Source: Bdellovibrionota bacterium (GTDB lineage Bacteria > Bdellovibrionota_C > UBA2361 > CALJRW01). From it: DNA of 26,043 bases. The position numbers and the translations under genes are program-made. Numbering within the stretch: the stretch's first letter is position 1; each line of letters begins with the position of its first letter. Where the stretch lies: NCBI GenBank assembly GCA_041740355.1, contig JBGSMD010000065.1:1-26043 (forward strand). Direction: 5' to 3'. Below, in pieces: positions 8,371-16,923 of this stretch. The notes below the pieces were generated by a model. That model had not been told where the DNA came from, did no database searches, and saw nothing but the letters and a program-made list of their open reading frames with translations.

Positions 8371-10110
8371 ATGTTTGGTAAATATAGAACCTTAAACTTA
8401 TGGACCTACTATCTAGGCGTATTAAGTATCATATTAGTAGCACTTTGGGGGCCCATATCTACGCGGCTCAGTTTAATTCTTGATTATTATCAAGTTCGCC
8501 CTGACGCTCTTCAACATAATTTTCCATATTGGTCTTTTCTCGGACAAGAATATTTTCAAAATAATTATATTGCTGAATATTATTTGGAAGCAATTATTCC
8601 TTTTGGATTAAAAACTACTTTCGTCTCTTTAGCCCATTTTTTTACACCAATCCAAATCGGGAAAGGCACCTCGATTATTTTAGCGATCTTATTTGTTTAT
8701 TTGCTAACAGAGAGTTCTCGTGTACTTGCAGGTAAAATAGCTGGATTGGTAACTGCCTTTTTTACTACGGCATATCTAGTTCGACATTTTATTTTTTCTG
8801 ATAGCATTTCACGTTCTTTTGGGTATGTGGTAATCGCCTTGGGGCTTTATGCGATTGTGAATAATAGGCATCGGCTATATTTAATAGCCACTTGCCTTGG
8901 AGCACTTTTCTATCCAGCAGCTGGGGCAATGTTGGCCTGTTACCTTGGAGTAATTAGTTTTTGGCCAGCTTTAGGTACAGGAAATTGGCCTCGTTATACC
9001 TTAAGGCTTCGGTTGTTCCAATTGTTTATGCTAGGCATTGTTTTGCTTATATTGCTATTACCAATGCTCTTAGGCGGTAAAAAATATGGGGATCGCTTAT
9101 ATATTAAAAACCAAAGTGAATATCCCGAGACTGGGTTAGGTGGACGTTACTCTCCACAAGATCTAGGGATAAACTATCGACCTTTGGGAAGCATTATTTA
9201 TCGTTCAATTAACAAGATTTTTTTAATTAACAAACAACTCTTTAGTAAAACACAATTATCTTTGAAAGCTAAAGGACAAAAGAAGATTCGATATGATGGA
9301 GACCGGCAGATTCTTTTTTGGTCACTACTACTCCTTGCCTGTTTGGGATTAATTAGAAAACTTTATCTGGAAAGGACGAAGATTCCAGTCTGTTGGCAGA
9401 GACTTTTCGCCCTTTTTGTTAGTATGGTACTAATTTATTATTTAGCAGAGCTGCTATTCCCACATTTGTACATGCCATCAAGGTATCCATTAATTACATT
9501 ACCAGTCCTAGCTTTGGTAGTGATTCCTGCCTTGTTGGTGCAATTTTCCTATAGTTTTAAATCAAAATATTTTACTTCTATTGGCTTAGTTGTTTGTTTA
9601 GGAATGATTGTTTATCTTTCCGGAATTTATGAGTTTAGGTTTCGCATCAATTCAGGGTATCGCCCAAATCAAAATATTTATAAATTTATTGAGAAGTTAC
9701 CTGCGAAATCATTAGTTGCCGGTTGGCCAATTGGAATGATTGATTCCGTTCCATATTTTACGGGCAAAGGTGCCTTTGTTACGATGGAGACGCACCAAGT
9801 TTTTCATAGTAAATATTTATTAGAAATGCGGAGCCGGACATATGATTTAATTGATGCTTTGTTTGATAATTCTTTATTGTCACTGCAACGACTTAGAGAC
9901 AGACATGGGGTGACACATTTATTAGTAGAGCAACAATTCCTAAAAAAACGGCCCCAATACTTTGCTCCATTTGGAGATTATTTGAAGACTAAGGTTGCTT
10001 GGCAGGAAAGAACTTGGATTAATATCTTTAAATCTAAAGTAATGCAGTCTGCCACAATTCATCGGTCGGGCAAAGTAAGTATTGTCGATTTGCGGTTACT
10101 TCCAAGGTGA
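8371..10110 (+). CDS. Polytopic membrane protein, putative GT-C-like transferase
   Basis: About 11 hydrophobic segments; N-terminal loop PDALQH...FQNNYIAEYY...PFG, SRSF, FYP, LYMPSRY motifs; soluble C-terminal domain ending GVTHLLV. Confidence 0.55.
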   Translation: MFGKYRTLNLWTYYLGVLSIILVALWGPISTRLSLILDYYQVRPDALQHNFPYWSFLGQEYFQNNYIAEYYLEAIIPFGLKTTFVSLAHFFTPIQIGKGTSIILAILFVYLLTESSRVLAGKIAGLVTAFFTTAYLVRHFIFSDSISRSFGYVVIALGLYAIVNNRHRLYLIATCLGALFYPAAGAMLACYLGVISFWPALGTGNWPRYTLRLRLFQLFMLGIVLLILLLPMLLGGKKYGDRLYIKNQSEYPETGLGGRYSPQDLGINYRPLGSIIYRSINKIFLINKQLFSKTQLSLKAKGQKKIRYDGDRQILFWSLLLLACLGLIRKLYLERTKIPVCWQRLFALFVSMVLIYYLAELLFPHLYMPSRYPLITLPVLALVVIPALLVQFSYSFKSKYFTSIGLVVCLGMIVYLSGIYEFRFRINSGYRPNQNIYKFIEKLPAKSLVAGWPIGMIDSVPYFTGKGAFVTMETHQVFHSKYLLEMRSRTYDLIDALFDNSLLSLQRLRDRHGVTHLLVEQQFLKKRPQYFAPFGDYLKTKVAWQERTWINIFKSKVMQSATIHRSGKVSIVDLRLLPR

Positions 10111-10127
10111 TCAATTCTTCGAGTAAG

Positions 10128-10207
10128 TATAGACAGTCCGAAAAGTAATTTATGTAAGGAAGATATTTTCTGGGGCTTTCTATCCCCCGGAGGGATAGAA
10201 AAATCAT
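10128..10207. repeat. Element type B + GC hairpin + linker, inverted relative to 61-137, between convergent genes
   Basis: TATAGACAGTCCGAAAAGTAATTTATGTAAGGAAGATATTTTCTGGGGCTTTCTATCCCCCGGAGGGATAGAAAAATCAT matches the reverse complement of 61-137. Confidence 0.9.
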
Positions 10208-10222
10208 CTAACATGAGTTCGG

Positions 10223-12133
10223 CTACGTAGTAATTTTCTGTAAGAGGGTAACGGCTTCTTCAATTGTTAATCTATTTGTATCAATTATCAAGTCAGGCTT
10301 AATTGGAGGTTCATAAGGAGCGCTAATTCCAGTGAAGTTTTTAATTTCTCCAAGGCGTGCTTTTTGGTAAAGTTGATGAGGATCTCTTTGTTCGCAAACA
10401 TTAAGTGGTGTTGAAAGATAGATCTCCCGAAAAGAATTTGCTCCAATAATTTCTCTAGCTTGCTCTCGATCTTGGACCGTCGGACTAATAAATGCACAGA
10501 TTGTGCTAATGCCAGCCTCGTTGAATAATTTAGCAACCTCAGCAACTCGACGTAAGTTCTCTTGACGATCTTTGGCCGAGAATCCTAAGTCTTTATTTAG
10601 TCCTGTTCTTAAGTTGTCTCCATCCAGCAGGTAACAGGGACGATTGTTTTCGAATAATTTTTTTTCAAAAGCTTTAGCAATCGTTGATTTGCCTGAACCA
10701 GAAAGACCTGTGAACCAGTAAGTCGAGGCGCTATGTCCAAATTTTTGTTCTCGTGTCTTCCGTTCAATTAAACCACTTTCGTGGTGCAGGTTTTGCGAGC
10801 GTGGCTTTTGCGGATCTGCTCCTAGTAATTCTAAGTCCTGGCTTGAGCGATCCATAATCATTCCAGCAGCAACAGTAGCAAAAGTATCCGGATCAATTAA
10901 GATAAAATTACCAGTACCACGATTTGCTTGGTAACTATCCAAGAAAAGAGGAGCGGTGGAGTGTAATGATAATCGGCCAATTTCATTTAGTTCTAAAACT
11001 CCGCCAGGTTTACGACTTAGAGCATTAATATCAACTTTATATTTTACTTCCGTAATTAGCACTCGAGCTTCATTAATTGTGTGTCTAACAAAATATTGCT
11101 TGTTGATATCAAGCGCTTGCTCGGACATCCAAATCACCATTGCTTCAAAATTAGTTTCAACTTTTGGAGCGTTGCCTGGACGAACTAGCATGCTTCCTCG
11201 ACCAACGTCTAATTGATCTTCTAATGTAATAACTACTGATTGATTAGCGCGAGCTTCGCTAAGCTGATGGTTATTGCTTGCCGAGTGCAGTTCAATTGTT
11301 TTGACTCTACTCTTCTTCATCGATGGTAATGCCAGGATATCTTCGCCGACCCGAATCACACCAGAACTTAACATTCCAGCATAACCTCTAAAGCTTGCAT
11401 CTGGATTTATGATGAACTGAACAGGAAATCGAAAATCAATTAAGTTGGCATCAGCTTGGTTATAAACGTTTTCGAGATACTCGATTAGCGTCTCTCCGTG
11501 ATACCAAGGCATGTTTTTACTTGGTAGCACTATGTTATCTCCTTCTAGGGCGGAGACAGGTATAAAGCGAACATCGCGAATCCCTAACTTCGCTGCAAAA
11601 TCGATGTAGTCTGTCTTAATCTTTTCAAAAGTCTCTTGAGAATAATCGACCACGTCCATTTTGTTTACAGCGACTAATAATCTTGGAACGCCCATTAGTG
11701 AAGCTATAAATGAGTGGCGACGAGTCTGAGTAATGATTCCTTTGCGGGCATCAATTAAAATAATTGTTACATCGGCAGTAGATGCTCCTGTCGCCATGTT
11801 TCGTGTATACTGCTCATGACCTGGAGTATCGGCTAGGATAAATTTTCTTTTAGGAGTTGAAAAATAGCGATACGCTACATCAATTGTAATTCCTTGTTCT
11901 TGTTCGGCTTTAAGACCGTCTGTGACCAGAGCCAATTCCAAAGATTCCTTTCCCCGTTTTACGGAACGTTTCATTAGGGAATCTAATTGATCTTCATAGA
12001 TGTTTTTAGAATCATGGAGCAGTCGACCAATTAGTGTTGATTTTCCGTCATCAACAGAACCCGCAGTTGAGAAACGCAACATCGAACACTTGGCCGAGTC
12101 TTCAAGAAATTTAATAATATTTTGGTCTGACAT
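10223..12133 (-). CDS. cysNC: Bifunctional sulfate adenylyltransferase subunit 1 / adenylyl-sulfate kinase (CysN/CysC, NodQ-type)
   Basis: AGSVDDGKSTLIGRLL, EQGITIDVAYRYF, DTPGHEQYTRNM, NKMD GTPase motifs; C-terminal APS kinase WFTGLSGSGKST, LDGDNLR, FTGISAPYEPP. Confidence 0.97.
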   Translation of the reverse strand: MSDQNIIKFLEDSAKCSMLRFSTAGSVDDGKSTLIGRLLHDSKNIYEDQLDSLMKRSVKRGKESLELALVTDGLKAEQEQGITIDVAYRYFSTPKRKFILADTPGHEQYTRNMATGASTADVTIILIDARKGIITQTRRHSFIASLMGVPRLLVAVNKMDVVDYSQETFEKIKTDYIDFAAKLGIRDVRFIPVSALEGDNIVLPSKNMPWYHGETLIEYLENVYNQADANLIDFRFPVQFIINPDASFRGYAGMLSSGVIRVGEDILALPSMKKSRVKTIELHSASNNHQLSEARANQSVVITLEDQLDVGRGSMLVRPGNAPKVETNFEAMVIWMSEQALDINKQYFVRHTINEARVLITEVKYKVDINALSRKPGGVLELNEIGRLSLHSTAPLFLDSYQANRGTGNFILIDPDTFATVAAGMIMDRSSQDLELLGADPQKPRSQNLHHESGLIERKTREQKFGHSASTYWFTGLSGSGKSTIAKAFEKKLFENNRPCYLLDGDNLRTGLNKDLGFSAKDRQENLRRVAEVAKLFNEAGISTICAFISPTVQDREQAREIIGANSFREIYLSTPLNVCEQRDPHQLYQKARLGEIKNFTGISAPYEPPIKPDLIIDTNRLTIEEAVTLLQKITT

Positions 12134-13027
12134 CTAAAAATAACCCTCTCGTTTTTTCATCTCCATCGATCCATCGCGATCATGGTCAATAATTCTAGTT
12201 GCTCGCTCTGATGTTCTAGCAGTCATCATTTCGGCAATAATATCTTCAATGCTATTAGCTTCGGAGCGAATTGCTCCGGTACATGGTGAACAGCCCAATG
12301 TTCTAAAACGACAGAGAACTTCTTCCGCTTTTTCTCCTGGTAGAATCTTAGCCGCAAGATTCACAGGGATTAATTGTTCTCCTCGCACCACAACTTCCCT
12401 TTTCTTAGCAAAGTAAAGGGGAACAATTGGGATCTGCTCAAGGTGAATATAATGCCAGACATCAAGCTCGGTCCAGTTGGAAATTGGGAAGACACGAATC
12501 GATTCGCCCTGAGCGACTTTCCCGTTATATAAATTCCAAAGTTCGGGGCGTTGGCTCCTTGGTTCCCACTGTCCAAAACGATCACGGAATGAAAAAACTC
12601 TTTCTTTCGCCCGCGAGCGTTCTTCGTCACGACGAGCGCCACCCATGGCAGCATCAAAATTATATTTTTTTAGTCCATCAAGTAGTGCTTTGGTTTTTAA
12701 GAGTCCACAGCACTTTTGAGTCCCAAGATCATAAGGATTAGTATTATTAGCGATAGCTTCTTCGTTCCGATAAACTAGTAGTTCAGCCCCAATAGATTTA
12801 GTGTACTCGTCGCGAAATTTGTACATCTCATCAAATTTAAATCCGGTATCAATGTGCATTAATGGAAAAGGGATTTTGCCAGGGAAGAATGCTTTCTTGG
12901 CTAAGTGAAGTAATACAGAAGAGTCCTTGCCCACAGAATAAAGCATGACAGGCCGCTCAAACTGAGCTGCCACTTCGCGCATAATATAGATACTTTCGGC
13001 TTCAAGTTGTTCTAGATAAGTAATCAT
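12134..13027 (-). CDS. cysD: Sulfate adenylyltransferase subunit 2
   Basis: [43 protein letters not shown]; stop TAG directly abuts the cysNC ATG. Confidence 0.97.
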   Translation of the reverse strand: MITYLEQLEAESIYIMREVAAQFERPVMLYSVGKDSSVLLHLAKKAFFPGKIPFPLMHIDTGFKFDEMYKFRDEYTKSIGAELLVYRNEEAIANNTNPYDLGTQKCCGLLKTKALLDGLKKYNFDAAMGGARRDEERSRAKERVFSFRDRFGQWEPRSQRPELWNLYNGKVAQGESIRVFPISNWTELDVWHYIHLEQIPIVPLYFAKKREVVVRGEQLIPVNLAAKILPGEKAEEVLCRFRTLGCSPCTGAIRSEANSIEDIIAEMMTARTSERATRIIDHDRDGSMEMKKREGYF

Positions 13028-13218
13028 CCTTTACGTATATCCTAATGTTCTAAGTTCATCAATTTCTCGCTTAAATTTAGTAGAAAGGCAATATTATTGA
13101 TTTGCTACCTTGTTTTTGCTTATTTTATTTTATAGCAGAGATTTGTTGGAGTAAAGTTGCTCCTTAGCTTAGCATCAAGTATAGTTTCTCCCAAAAAGAT
13201 TAGTGAGGTTTATAGAAA

Positions 13219-14586
13219 ATGCTACATAAAGTATCTCTTGTTTTGTTATCCTGTTTGCTTGTTTTAGCTGGAAGCTGTCAGCGCACCGCCCAAGTTCCTG
13301 ATCTTAAAGATTTAAATGTTTTGTTAATAGTTGTGGATACTTTAGGGGCTAAACACTTAGAGGCTTATAATCCTGATTTAAAAAACTCACCTAATATTGC
13401 TAAATTAGCACAATCTGGCATTCGCTTTGAAAATGCTTATTCCACTGCTCCTTGGACAAAACCTTCAGTTGCGGGGATTTTTACCGGAAAACTGCCCTCT
13501 CAGCATAACTTACGTGGTCTAGATGATAATCTTAGCGACAAGCAGCTAACAATGGCTGAGATTTTTAAGGAACGTGGATATAAAACGGTGGGAAAAGTTA
13601 GCCATACTTTCCTCTCCTCAAAAAAAGGATTTGGACAAGGATTTGATACTTACAATGTTATGCCATTTAAGGGAGATGTGCATGATGCGATTACTTCGGA
13701 GTTAGTTTCAAAGCAAGGGATCAGGTGGTTGCGGGATCACCAAGCTAAAAAAGATAATAAAAACTTTTTTATGTTTTTACATTACTTTGATCCTCATTAT
13801 ACTTTTCAGCATCACAAGGAATTTGATCGCAGCTCACATTATAAAGGCAAATTGACTTCAGGGATGTATGTTCGAACTCTTCGCGAAATGATCCCAAGTT
13901 TAAATTCTGATGATATTGAATATCTAATTAATCTTTATCATGAAGAAATAGCTTATACTGATTTCTATATTGGGAAGGTATTGGATTACTTAAAAGAGAC
14001 CGGCTTAATTGAAAATACGATCGTAGTTTTAACCGCTGATCACGGAGAGGAATTCTTAGAGCACGGACAGATCGGACATACTGTAACACTATATGATGAG
14101 TTAGTTCATGTTCCATTAATAGTGTCACTACCAAAATACTTAGGCCCACGAGTGATCAGTGAAAATGTTTCTACTATGGATATTTTACCTACATTAATGA
14201 ACCTTGATCGGGCAAAGCCAAAGTTCAATTTTACAGGAATTTCTTTACTTGATGCGATAACAGGGGAGCGAAAGTTGCGACCTGATCGTGATATTAAATT
14301 TGAAGTCGATTTTAAATCTAGAATTAAAGCATTTAAAGCTGGTGTTAAAAAAGATGAATTTAAAGTAATTCATGATAAGGAAGAGCAGAGTTGGCAATTG
14401 CATAATTTGAAAGAGGACCCTGCTGAGTTAAATGATCAGAAGAATATCTATCCAGGAGATTTTGATAAGATTAAACCAATAGTGGAAGATTTTTTAAGTT
14501 CCCAAGGCGATGCTAACGGTTCACGATCGGAAGAAAAACGAAGCCCAGAGGAAATTAAACAACTCGAAACTTTAGGCTATATGTAG
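13219..14586 (+). CDS. Sulfatase-like hydrolase/transferase, Thr-type, probable lipoprotein
   Basis: LLVLAGSC lipobox-like; VDTLG, APWTKPSVAGIFTG, HYFDPH, YHEEI, ADHGEEFLEHG.IGH; ends QLETLGYM. Confidence 0.88.
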   Translation: MLHKVSLVLLSCLLVLAGSCQRTAQVPDLKDLNVLLIVVDTLGAKHLEAYNPDLKNSPNIAKLAQSGIRFENAYSTAPWTKPSVAGIFTGKLPSQHNLRGLDDNLSDKQLTMAEIFKERGYKTVGKVSHTFLSSKKGFGQGFDTYNVMPFKGDVHDAITSELVSKQGIRWLRDHQAKKDNKNFFMFLHYFDPHYTFQHHKEFDRSSHYKGKLTSGMYVRTLREMIPSLNSDDIEYLINLYHEEIAYTDFYIGKVLDYLKETGLIENTIVVLTADHGEEFLEHGQIGHTVTLYDELVHVPLIVSLPKYLGPRVISENVSTMDILPTLMNLDRAKPKFNFTGISLLDAITGERKLRPDRDIKFEVDFKSRIKAFKAGVKKDEFKVIHDKEEQSWQLHNLKEDPAELNDQKNIYPGDFDKIKPIVEDFLSSQGDANGSRSEEKRSPEEIKQLETLGYM

Positions 14587-14680
14587 TTCGATCCTTTTGG
14601 ACCAAAGTAAATTGAAGCTAGAAGCTATCTAACTTAGTGTTTTGATAGTTCTTAATAAAAATTTAAAAATAAAGTAAGAT

Positions 14681-16024
14681 ATGATTTTAAAGATAATTAT
14701 TAGAAATTTTTTGTTTTTAGCATTTATCTCTTGTTGCCTGTCGCTTAGCTCCTGCCAGTTATTTAAAAGTAAAAAGCCAAATGTGATTTTTTTAATGCTT
14801 GATACCCTTCGCGCCGATCATCTTGGGGTGTATGGATATGAACGCAATACCAGTCCTAATATTGATCAGTTCGCTAAAGAAAATCTATTTTTTAAAAATG
14901 CAATAACTGCAGTTCCTTGGACACCTCCTTCTGTCGCTGGAATGTGGAGTGGCCTGTATCCTAAATCCCATAATTTTATGCCTCCCAATAGTCGCGAAGA
15001 GGCGACGACTAATGTTTCCAAACTGAGCGAATCGGTTCTAACGTTGCCAGAAATCTTAAAAGCTCAGGGGTATCAAACTCATGCCATTAGCACCAATCCT
15101 TGGATTACTGATACATTTGGATTTAATCAGGGTTATGACAAGTTTGAATATCTAGAGAGAGAGCAGGCCGACGTGCTAACTGAGTCGGGGATAAAAGCCA
15201 TCGAGCAAATGACTTCCAAAGAAGATCCATTCTTTCTTTACTTACATTACCTTGATCCGCACGAACCTTACACACCACCAGATAAATATGCGCGTGTCTT
15301 TAAAGGCCCACTAAAAGCGAATGATTACGATGCTGAAATGCAACGTAAAATTGGACTATATGATGGTGAGATAGCTTTTATGGATGAGTGGTTAGGGAAG
15401 TTTTTTGCGTATCTTAAAGAAAAAAAATTATACGAAGATTCAATCATAGTAATTGTTGGTGATCATGGCGAGCAATTTATGGAACATGGTAATATTAGTC
15501 ACGGAAATGAATTGTTTAATCCTGAGTTGCACATTCCCATGATTATTAAGACTGGTAAAAATATTCAGCAAAGAGTTGTGGATTACGCAGTGAGCAATAT
15601 TGATCTGTTTCCAACAATTTTGGAGCTAGTTGGGTTAACACCACCGGCAAATTATCAAAGTGTCTCGCTTTTAAAAGATGCTAATTCTCAGGGGCGTGGT
15701 GGTGTGATGTCAGAGATAAAAAGAAAGTATAATCAACGATCATTTACCAGCTATGAAGGCAAAAGGTTATTGGTCGGTTCTCGTGAGCAGGATCTAAATG
15801 TTGATGCCGAAGATGCTTTAAAGAACACTATCGCTATATATGATGCATTTGCTGATTATTGGGAAAAATCACCGATCACAGAAGATGCTTTATTAAGTCA
15901 ACTGCAAGCAGAGTTTCAATCGGAGCTGCAAAAGTCAGAAGGCTTAAAAGTTAAAGCGGCAACTGGTGATTCAGTAAATGAGGAAACTATTTCCCAATTA
16001 GAGTCGCTTGGGTATTTAAAATAG
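14681..16024 (+). CDS. Sulfatase-like hydrolase/transferase, Thr-type, probable lipoprotein
   Basis: LSSC lipobox; LDTLRADH, VPWTPPSVAGMWSG, HYLDPHEPY, YDGEI, GDHGE; ends QLESLGYLK. Confidence 0.88.
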   Translation: MILKIIIRNFLFLAFISCCLSLSSCQLFKSKKPNVIFLMLDTLRADHLGVYGYERNTSPNIDQFAKENLFFKNAITAVPWTPPSVAGMWSGLYPKSHNFMPPNSREEATTNVSKLSESVLTLPEILKAQGYQTHAISTNPWITDTFGFNQGYDKFEYLEREQADVLTESGIKAIEQMTSKEDPFFLYLHYLDPHEPYTPPDKYARVFKGPLKANDYDAEMQRKIGLYDGEIAFMDEWLGKFFAYLKEKKLYEDSIIVIVGDHGEQFMEHGNISHGNELFNPELHIPMIIKTGKNIQQRVVDYAVSNIDLFPTILELVGLTPPANYQSVSLLKDANSQGRGGVMSEIKRKYNQRSFTSYEGKRLLVGSREQDLNVDAEDALKNTIAIYDAFADYWEKSPITEDALLSQLQAEFQSELQKSEGLKVKAATGDSVNEETISQLESLGYLK

Positions 16025-16108
16025 TCTCATTCTAATACCAGATTTTCAATAGATTTTTAGTCATCACTACATAAACTTTGAATACTTTTAATGTTTTAGG
16101 ACTGAGTG

Positions 16109-16633
16109 TTAATTTCGTCTTATACTAACTGGCCATTGTAAAGAATTATCTGAATTGGTTGAAATAATCTCGCCAGTCATAGAAAGAAAATGATGTCTTA
16201 ATGTCATTGGGATAAGCCTTCCTCGGGGACCAGGCCAAGCTCCTAGAGTTCCTTTCCTATGAGTTGAACTAATTAGATATTCACGATTAGATCGACCGCT
16301 CACAGATAAGTAAATATCTTCAACATGCACATATCCGGGCAGGCCGTCCACCATGAATGAGTTATTAATCACAAATTGACCGTGTAAGTCGTCGTAATAC
16401 TGATACTCAAAAGAAGAATTTGGATTCTCTGAGGATACGATTTCAACTGCTGTCCTTGCCATTAATAACTGATTTAACGAAATAAGATCGTTTGCTCGGG
16501 TTCGATATTCCTCAAATTGACTTACCGCTAGGCTCGCGATGATACCAACTATTGCTACAGTTACAGTAAGTTCCACTAGGGAAAATGCCTTTTGGTCAGT
16601 TAGTTGAAAGCTTAATTTTGAAATCCAATTCAT
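16109..16633 (-). CDS. Type IV pilin-like protein (prepilin N-terminal cleavage/methylation motif)
   Basis: QKA|FSLVELTVTVAIVGIIASLAV with F1 and E5, hydrophobic helix, F24 and Y27. Confidence 0.85.
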   Translation of the reverse strand: MNWISKLSFQLTDQKAFSLVELTVTVAIVGIIASLAVSQFEEYRTRANDLISLNQLLMARTAVEIVSSENPNSSFEYQYYDDLHGQFVINNSFMVDGLPGYVHVEDIYLSVSGRSNREYLISSTHRKGTLGAWPGPRGRLIPMTLRHHFLSMTGEIISTNSDNSLQWPVSIRRN

Positions 16634-16923
16634 TCTGTTGATATATTCGGCAATAAATCAAAAAACATTAGAAAAAATCCTCACTAAAACTTGAGCTTTG
16701 GATATCTGTAATTTAACTATCTAGAAAGTTGAATGTAAAATATTCTTGTCACTGGAAAGCTCACTATTAAATTCAGTATTATTTAGAATAACTATTCTTT
16801 TTCGATTAAGTAATTAGGATTACTAGTCGAGTATTAAACCTCAAGGATACTTAAATTATATTTTTATATACATGAATAGGCTTAAAGGACATAATATTAT
16901 TTAAGGTTTTTAATATAGTCAGA

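Noticed and set aside
12134-12160. CysD ending in EGYF as another LGY tail
   Set aside because: KKREGYF is the ordinary conserved CysD C-terminus
16109-16633. Conductive e-pilin
   Set aside because: F1, F24 and Y27 are present but mature positions 32, 50 and 51 are N, V and S
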